Assembly (NCBI GenBank): GCA_951406725.2
Contig: OX597816.1
Span: 21,824,001-21,888,000 of the forward strand
Reading direction: 5' to 3'
Source: Octopus vulgaris
Taxonomy: Eukaryota
Length of the DNA stretch: 64,000 nt
A program made the position numbers and the translations under genes. How positions within the stretch are numbered: position 1 is the first letter of the stretch; every line of letters begins with the position of its first letter. Shown here one piece after another: positions 55,375-64,000 of the stretch. The notes beneath the pieces are model-generated. The model did not search any database. It was given only the letters and a program-made list of their open reading frames with translations, and had not been told where the DNA came from.

Positions 55375-55783
55375 TGCCGCAGGAGTGGCTGTGTGGTAAG
55401 TAGCTTGCTAACCAACCACATGGTTCCGGGTTCAGTCCCACTGCGTGGCAACTTGGGCCAGTGTCTTCTGCTATAGCCCCGGGCCGACCAATGCCTTGTG
55501 AGTGGATTTGGTAGACGGAAACTGAAAGAAGCCTGTCGAATATATGTATATATATATAAGTGTGTGTGTATATGTTTGTGTGTCTGTGTTTGTCCCCTTA
55601 GGATTGCTTGACAACCGATGCTGGTGTGTTTACGTCCCCGTCACTTAGCTGTTCGGCAAAAGAGACCGATAGAATAAGTACTGGGCTTACAAAGAATAAG
55701 TCCCAGGGTCGATTTGCTCGACTAAAGGCGGTGCTCCAGCATGGCCGCAGTCAAATGACTGAAACAAGTAAAAGAGTAAAGAG
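55375..55783 (+). mobile_element. SINE family A
   Basis: Full-length copy. Confidence 0.9.
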
Positions 55784-55789
55784 TATGTG

Positions 55790-57035
55790 GCGAAAAACTA
55801 TCCGCGTTTCAAACAGATATTTCCTCAGCAGCCTATTGTAGCCCTTAGACGGAATAATAATATAAGAGAATTATTGACATCTCTTTCTGACTCCAAGAAA
55901 ACGAATATTGGAGTGTCTGCAAGCTGTATCTTGAAAAACAGCCGCAAAAGGGTTAAGCCCTGTTCATTGTACATTGGAAGCACTCCGTCGGTTACGACGA
56001 CGAGGGTTCCGGTTGATCTGATCAACGGAACAGCCTGCTCGTGAAATTAACGTGTAAGTGGCTGAGTACTCCACAGACACGTGTACACTTAACGCAGTTC
56101 TCGGGAATATTCAGCGTGACACAGAGAGTGACAAGGCCGGTCCTTTGAAATACAGGTACAGCAGAAACAGGAAGTAAGAGTGAGAGAAAGCTGTGGTGAA
56201 AGAGTACAGCAGTGATCACCACCCCCCTGCCGGAGCCTTGTGGAGCTTTAGGTGATTTCGCTCAATAAACACTCACAACAACCGGTCTGGGAATCGAAAC
56301 CGCGATCCTACGCCTGCGAGTCCGCTGCCCTAACCACTGGGCCATTGCGCCTCCACGTTCATTGTACAACAACAAGTGTCAAGTGAATTCCATCAGGAAT
56401 CATAACAGAAATGTAATGATTTATACAGAAGGTGGGACAAGTAGGGATTCCCATTTTGTGTACGCGGCATAATGCCCGAAATACAAATTAATTTATGTTG
56501 TTGTACAACTGAACAATTAAACAAAATGTTTAATGGGAATAGATATGAAGTCTGGCACAATAACAATTGCTCGACAGAACTTGCTGAACATTTTGCTTCA
56601 AACGGCTGAAGTTTTGAAAAGGACTTCAAAGTGCATATTCTCAGAAAATATTCTGAATCTGTTTCGCTTTCACTACTCAAAATCCATGTAGAAAAATATG
56701 TTTGCGGGTTATTAACATCACGCCCTGGAGGAATGAATAAAATGACAGGAGAATATCATCAAATTTATACAAAAATGTTTGATCAAATATTCTTCTTTTT
56801 TCTTTCCTCATTCTTTCTGTCTTTCTTTTCGCCTGTTATAAAATTGAAACTTAAAGACTGATGATGTCATTCCATCAGCGTGTGGACGCTGGTTGATCTT
56901 GTTCATACTTTAAATTGAAAATTTCTATAATTTTGAATTTTTATAATTCATTTTGAACTTGACAAAGACAGACTTAACGTTGAAATGTCGTTCAACCAAT
57001 AAAACATCTATTACAATCGAAACACGGTCTTCGTC
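55790..57035 (+). mobile_element. Penelope-like element 3' part (linker, GIY-YIG, pLTR), interrupted by a SINE
   Basis: FKQIFPQQPIVALRRNNNIRELL; FVYAA*CPKYKLIYV; STELAEHF..DFKVHIL..LLTSRPGGMN; degenerate hammerhead at 56953-56995. Confidence 0.8.
55974..56356 (-). mobile_element. tRNA-derived SINE family C (tail T2)
   Basis: Perfect 12-bp TSD gttcattgtaca at 55962-55973 and 56357-56368. Confidence 0.92.
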
Positions 57036-57039
57036 TTGA

Positions 57040-57298
<259 letters not shown>

Positions 57299-57491
57299 TG
57301 AGCGGCCATGGATCAAAATTTGTCTATAGTAGCTAGCGCCAGTGACAAAGTTAAATTTTGGTTTGCCCAACTTTGCATAAAGGACACGGGGTAAGCTTTG
57401 AGACAAAACTTCAGAGCAATATGCGTTTTATATGCCAACAAAGAAGGTAGTTCTACATACATCAACTTTAGTAAATCTATATATACATATA

Positions 57492-57662
57492 GGCGCAGGA
57501 GTGGCTGTGTGGTAAGTAGCTTGCTAACCAGTCACATGGTTCCGGGTTCAGTCCCACTGCGTGGCATCTTGGGCCAGTGTCTTCTGCTATAGCCCCGGGC
57601 CGACCAATGCCTTGTGAGTGGATTTGGTAGACGGAAACTGAAAGAAGCCTGTCGTATATATG

Positions 57663-57693
<31 letters not shown>

Positions 57694-57910
57694 TTGTGTG
57701 TCTGTGTTTGTCCCCCTAGCATTGCTTGACAACCGATGCTGGTGTGTTTACGTCCCCGTCACTTAGCGGTTCGGCAAAAGAGACCGATAGAATAAGTACT
57801 GGGCTTATAAAGAATAAGTCCCGGGGTCGAGTTGCTCGACTAAAGGCGGTGCTCCAGCATGGCCGCAGTCGAATGACTGAAACAAGTAAAAGAGTAAAAG
57901 AGTAAAAGAG
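57492..57910 (+). mobile_element. SINE family A (young, reference copy)
   Basis: tRNA-like head (tggctgtgtgg, ggttcagtccc), internal TA/TG microsatellite, (TAAAAGAG)n tail. Confidence 0.92.
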
Positions 57911-59087
57911 ATATAGTTATGATAAAGGACAATTTTTATCATTATTAAACAAAACTTGTAATACTTTACACGAGATTTTGAATATTTGTGTACGTTTACA
58001 GTTCTGTAACAATTAGTCATGTTCTGTTCATAAGAAAAAAAATTCACTGCATCCTGCAGTGACGACATTGACTTTTGCAGAGGTCGAGGCTGATTATGTC
58101 AAATTTGATTTGGAAACACTTCATTTAAATACATACGAATTTACGTATACTCACATTTACGTGCACATACACACACAATTATATACATACGTGTGTGTGT
58201 GTGTTTGTGTGTAGCGTATTGCATTCGTTTCTCTAAAAATGTAAAAACACATTCCCGTATTTCTCTGCAGATTTTTACGCTATGTCTTCTTTTATTTGTC
58301 ATTCAGTTTTACATTTCTATGTAACACCTTGGACTTAATTTCCTCCATTGTCATTTACTTAGAATGTAATGGTGTCTTTCTTTTAATTTATTAGTTATAA
58401 ATTCATTGCTTTGCTTCTAAGAGACTATTTTCATATAACATATGCCATGCTGATTCAAAGCTCAGCAGGAACTCTAAAAGAATATATATCGAAAATATTA
58501 AAGAAAGTGTGAACAACAACAAAGAGAGAGAAAGAGAGAGAAAAAGGGAGTGAGAGAGAGAGGAGGAAAATAAAAGAGGGGGAAAATGAAATTGTGAGTG
58601 GGTAAGTTATGTTATTGTAGAGAACGAAATCAAAGTATTGCATATTCAATTCGAATTTAGTTTCCTGAAGTATGTCAGCATGAAGTATTCTCAAAGACTT
58701 TTGCCACGGAAACGGATATACATATACCTATACACAAGTGCACATATATACATCTATGAATGTGCATGTGTGAATGACACTGTGTATAATAGATAACGGT
58801 TTCACCGAACTGTTAGAAAAATGGATAATATTTCTTATAGTAGTCCTTCCATTTCTTTGTTTCGTGAATTCAAATACTACCAAGATCAGCGTGGTCTTCC
58901 ATGGTTTTTGGCCCCAAAATCCAATGTTACGTTCAGATTTCTCCCAAATCTCCTATTTGGAAAAAAACAAGAGGTACGTCGAGACTGGAATGCGGTTGGA
59001 TTCCCCATTCGTTTAAAAGGTCGATTCTTGACGTAGGTCTTGTCAGTGCACGTAAGACTTCATTAGCAATTGAAAGCCTTAATATTC

Positions 59088-59492
59088 ATTCTACTATAGG
59101 CACAAGGCCCGAACCCTTTTTTTTTTTTTGGTGGGGGAGCAATCGATGAGATCGATCCTGGTACGCAATTAGTACTTAATTTATTGACCCCGAAAAGATG
59201 ATACGCAAAGTCGACCTCGACGGAATTTGAACTCAGAACACAAAGACAGACGAAATACCTATTTTTTTACTGCCAACAAGGGGCTAAACACAGAGAGGAC
59301 AAACAAGAACAGACAAACGGATTAAGTCGATTATATCGACCCCAGTGCGTAACTGGTACTTACTTAATCGACGCCGAAAGGATGAAAGGCAAAGTCAACC
59401 TCGGCGGAATTTGAACTGAGAACGTATAGCGGCAGACGAAATACTGCTAAGTATTTCGCCTGGCGTGCTAACGCTTCTGCCAGCTCACCGCC
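59088..59492 (-). mobile_element. SINE family B dimer
   Basis: Two units; flanking repeat ttgaaagcc(t/a)taatatt. Confidence 0.9.
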
Positions 59493-59569
59493 TTGAAAGC
59501 CATAATATTTTCAACGTACGGATATATTTTCCCAGAGTTGTGTTATCCACGCAGTCAATTACTGAACCT

Positions 59570-59650
59570 TGTTTTTTCTGTGTCCCTTTCTGTAGAAGAG
59601 AGTAGGCTCGAAACGTAAAATACTTTTTGTATTCCTGAGCTGAACCACAA
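59570..59650 (+). mobile_element. pLTR remnant family 3
   Basis: ttt-CTGTAGA-a-GAG..CTC-GAAAC-GTA-aaa at 59587-59620. Confidence 0.55.
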
Positions 59651-59731
59651 AGTTAAGAAGACGCAAACAGCCCACCATCGGTTGTCAAGAATTGATGGGG
59701 GGTGGGGGCAAACACACACATATGTATATAT

Positions 59732-59826
<95 letters not shown>

Positions 59827-59835
59827 GTATATATA

Positions 59836-59941
59836 TATAAATAGGAAAAGCAACAAGAATGGATCAAAATATCGGTACAATTGTTTCGTAACAATTGTCC
59901 CGGTATTTTGATCCATTCTTGTTGCTTTTTTCCTATTTATA
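59836..59941. repeat. Palindrome, about 50-bp arms, 4-nt loop
   Basis: Arms differ by two substitutions and a 2-nt indel. Confidence 0.92.
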
Positions 59942-60054
59942 ATCACCCCAATTTATCGTATGGTTAACACCATATAGATTTCTGGTGCTTCCAAATCAAG
60001 TACCATATTCTTGTGAATTCAATAGAACTCATTTGAATCTTAATGGCTTAAACC

Positions 60055-60098
<44 letters not shown>

Positions 60099-60101
<3 letters not shown>

Positions 60102-60250
60102 TGGGAATTTACAAAACAAAAAACAAAAGATGAAGATGGGTGTGTAAACAACAAACAAATATATTAGCTTAACGCTCGGGGAGTGAGAATGTCTTTTACG
60201 TTTCGTGCCTACGCTCTTCGACAGAATGGGACACAGAAATAAACAGAGAG
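60099..60250 (-). mobile_element. pLTR remnant family 3
   Basis: Minus CTGTCGA-a-GAGC-gtag-GCAC-GAAAC-GTA-aaa; colinear with 6150-6297. Confidence 0.65.
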
Positions 60251-60260
60251 AGAAATAGAA

Positions 60261-60465
60261 TGTGACCTCGTGTGTACCGTTGGCGATTCTTTTTCCTCTG
60301 TCTTCCCTTCTCTGGATCTTTCCTTCTATGTTTCCGACGAAGAGCTCCGCTCGAAACGTTAAACCCTCCTTCTTTCCTTCTTTCCTGAGCGTCCAATAAT
60401 ACTATATTTGTTCCACGTCCACGCGTTGTTGTGCATTTTTTGTGCTTTCTTGTTTGGATTAACTA
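60261..60465 (+). mobile_element. pLTR remnant family 2
   Basis: gttt-CCGACGA-a-GAGC-tcc-GCTC-GAAAC-GTT-aaac at 60330-60364. Confidence 0.7.
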
Positions 60466-61396
60466 GGTATATATATATATATGTGTGTGTATATATATAT
60501 TTTCTCCGTGTTATTTGTATACATTGAAAGAATACACATACACAGGTGTGTGTGTATTATTTCAACAAATTTGACATACATATGTTGCATAATTGTTATA
60601 TCCTCGTTGACAAGCCGCTAAACCCGTTTCGTATGCAAATTAGGTACTTCTTCATAGAGTAACTGCTGTGTTTATTGAGTATATAAACAGTTTTGCTGCT
60701 TCTTTCTCAGGAGACTGTCACATTTAAGGTCGAATATTAAGGTTTTTCATTTATTTCAGTCTACGGAGAAATGGCTAAAATTTGCCCAGTTTATAATTAT
60801 TTCATATGTTACATATACATATATACATACTTGTTTTAGCTTAAAAATGACCGCAGATAATAGAATGTAAGCTAAACTACTCAATCAAGACATGCCATGC
60901 AATGATGAAGTAGTGGTTAAAAAATACTAGCTTTCCCCATTTCGCTACAGAGTTATGAAGAGTTATTATTTGAGATATTCCATATGTAGGACAGAAATAT
61001 ATTTTTTACAGTGTCATTTTGCAAAAATCTATATACGTACAAACACACATAGCTATAGTATTATATAATGCAACATCTTTTCTATTGTTTCGGCTACAAA
61101 TATAGTTTTTTGTCGTCTGCAATATGGCAGAAGTAATCAAATATTTGGAGACATTGCATGCCTACGAAAAGAAAAATTGTCTGAATGAATAAAAAAAATG
61201 ATATATATATATAAGTATATAACTGTATTAAAATTAAAAAAAATTAATAAAAGGAGAAAAATTCAGAAATATTTCATTAAAAATTACACGTAAAACATTT
61301 CAAGAGTATAAAAAATGTCTATAAAATTATTTGGGAATTAAATGTTTTAGAAACTATTTAATTTGTCCTTTATTGTTTTACTTTGCGCAAGATATA

Positions 61397-61415
61397 TTTC
61401 TTACTTGTATTTTTA

Positions 61416-61488
<73 letters not shown>

Positions 61489-61541
61489 GTTGTTTTTGTT
61501 GTTGTTGTTATTGTTGTTGTAGTCGTTGCTGTTGTTGTTGT
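61397..61541. repeat. (ATT)n(GTT)n microsatellite
   Basis: Direct inspection. Confidence 0.95.
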
Positions 61542-61996
61542 TTCTGTAATATTTTCACTTTTAATATTTTTTTCAACTCCTGTGAAACTATATGTCAAAA
61601 TTACTCATGTTGGATACAAAATAATAAATTAAGTTACTTACAAGATATGAAAGCTAATTTTATGTCATATTTATGTAAAAATTAGCAATAAAGTTTTCAA
61701 CACATTTAATTCTAAAAAAGAAATGTTGTTTGATATATGGCAGTAGTCATGTATATCTATATACACACTTACATGCATATATTTATACATACAGAAAGCG
61801 CACTGACACACACACACACATTCAGATGTAGACAAATAAATATTGATATCTTTCTATTTACCTACACACATAGCAAATATCCCCACACCCACATATGTAC
61901 ACAATCACATATACGTATAGAAACATACTTACTATATATATATATATAAATATACATATATATATATATATATATACATATATACATATATATATG

Positions 61997-62042
<46 letters not shown>

Positions 62043-62253
62043 TATACATATATATATATATAAACTATATGTATTTAGATGTATAATCATCGGGAAAAAG
62101 TCAATCATGATATGATTACAGTCATAAAATAACTGAGAAATGGTTCTTTTAGCAATCAAATTCTATAGTCTAGTTATTTGACAGTACCCTGTTATCCTCA
62201 CCCCGGAATCATTAAATAGTTTGTCTTTCTCTGTGCTTGAGTGTGTGTAAAAT

Positions 62254-62255
62254 TA

Positions 62256-62342
<87 letters not shown>

Positions 62343-62357
62343 ATATATATATATATT

Positions 62358-62437
<80 letters not shown>

Positions 62438-62470
62438 TACATACATACTTACATACATATACATACATGC
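62254..62470. repeat. (TA)n microsatellite field
   Basis: Direct inspection. Confidence 0.95.
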
Positions 62471-64000
62471 GAATATATAATATATGTATAGATTTTAATT
62501 TCTAAATACGACATCCAACTTCTAAAATACGTCTGTCCATGTGGAGACTGATGTTCCATCATGAACTGTGCAACGTGTACGTACGACTGGAAACACACAA
62601 GCAAATATACAGTTTTCGAATACAGAACACGTATTAACATAACCTTGAAGAGAATTGGCCAAAGTGAGAGTCGAAGCAAACTGACAAAACTGAACATATT
62701 TCATATTATGATTCACGTATTTTTGGGTCATATGAGCTCTTTTAATATGCAATCTGCATTACACCGTATCATACAATGGCACAAAATCAAACAAGCTACC
62801 GAACAGTATATCACACAGCAGCCAATAATTAACAGTAAGATTATGCACTTCTTTATTCTCAGAGTAATATTTTATAACGACAGAGAACACGGCAAAGATT
62901 AACAGTAATACAGCTACAGCTCAGAAAATTGAGACTACTTCATTAGTTACAGACAACATTGCCTTCATCATTAAAAAGTGAGGCATAATATGCGGTACAT
63001 TCCAACCCACAACAGGAATATAAAAATATGTAGGAAATAACGAAAAGCGTAAAATTCTGGAGATGAAAGAGTTTGGCTATATAATACGAATAATATAAAG
63101 GTGAAATTTTGGAATTTAGCTTGCATCTGGCCCCGTTTCTGTTATGCGGTACCAGAGGTCATAGAGGTTACGTAACATTAATGTCTATCGCTCCTGTAAC
63201 CGGATATATTTTGAATTATCCGGCTTGTCTATAACTCCAGGTGCTTTAACACCAGAAGAATTAGCGGAAATATATTCTCTTACACTTACAATCGCAGCCT
63301 GCCCATGAAGTCACAAAAAATAACATACCTTGTATATGTATGCTCAATATTGTGTATATCCATCGGGCTGCTTATCATTCATATCTAATTTTTTCCCCGG
63401 CATGAAACGTTTGGACATATCAGCAGATGGGTTTACACATCGGTTTTGCATATAGTTATAGAAGGCTATTTAGCCTGTATCTGGCTTTTTTCCGGGTAGG
63501 CGGGATAGACAAGTCACAAAGATGACGAATCATTAATGTCTGTCTCTCTTATAACGGGATCTGATGTGAGTTATCTGTTTTGTCCATGAATTCCAGGTGT
63601 TATAACACCTGGTAAATTCAATACACCTACAGTCGCAGCTTGCCCACAAACTGATAAAAGACAACTTGTGTATTTGTGTTCGTTATTATACACAGACATA
63701 CACACAGAGACATACACACAGAGACATACACACACACACAAATGGACACACGGAAAATATTCCAAAGAAAGATTCTGCACTAAGGGAAATTGTCACACAA
63801 GGAAATATCGTATGCCAAAAAATCCCCAATAAACTGATAAAAAATTACTCATTTTGGGTGTATATAATCTAATTTTTTTTATAAATCATTATACAAGAAC
63901 AATTCCTATACTAACAGATTCTGAATTAGAGACGAAGTCAGCGATTTTAGAGGATCAGACGAGTCGGCATCATTGCCTTCATTGGTACTTTATGCTATCA

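Noticed and set aside
56855-57030. Outer CTGATGA..CGAAACACGGTC as a second, long hammerhead
   Set aside because: Stem I and stem II registers do not pair cleanly
58774-59149. Overlapping 70-80 aa ORFs in unique sequence
   Set aside because: No recognisable motif and length compatible with chance
62449-62902. ORFs on both strands in unique sequence
   Set aside because: No recognisable domain or convincing splice structure

Overview
AT-rich, microsatellite-laden eukaryotic non-coding DNA. The SINE families and repeat landscape suggest an octopus or other coleoid cephalopod genome (inference). No host protein-coding gene is convincingly visible, and most ORFs in the track are translations of (TA)n, (CA)n or (TAA)n repeats. 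The window is a graveyard of mobile elements. It holds a near full-length, recently disabled Dong/R4-clade retrotransposon (RT plus restriction-like endonuclease) flanked by (TAA)n, further Dong/R4, RTE and CR1-like LINE fragments, a decayed mariner, several MITEs, and about 30 tRNA-derived SINE copies. The most interesting signals are: (1) about five families of Penelope-like pLTR remnants carrying minimal hammerhead ribozyme motifs, including one with an inverted pLTR and one with a consistent non-canonical core; (2) two LINE insertions with twin-priming-type inversions in non-L1 clades; (3) GG-terminal, 8-bp-TSD DNA elements carrying telomere-like TTAGGG tracts; (4) mix-and-match SINE modules, with one SINE tail traceable to a CR1-like LINE in the same window; (5) near-perfect long hairpins. 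All alignments were made by eye and boundaries are approximate unless a TSD is given.
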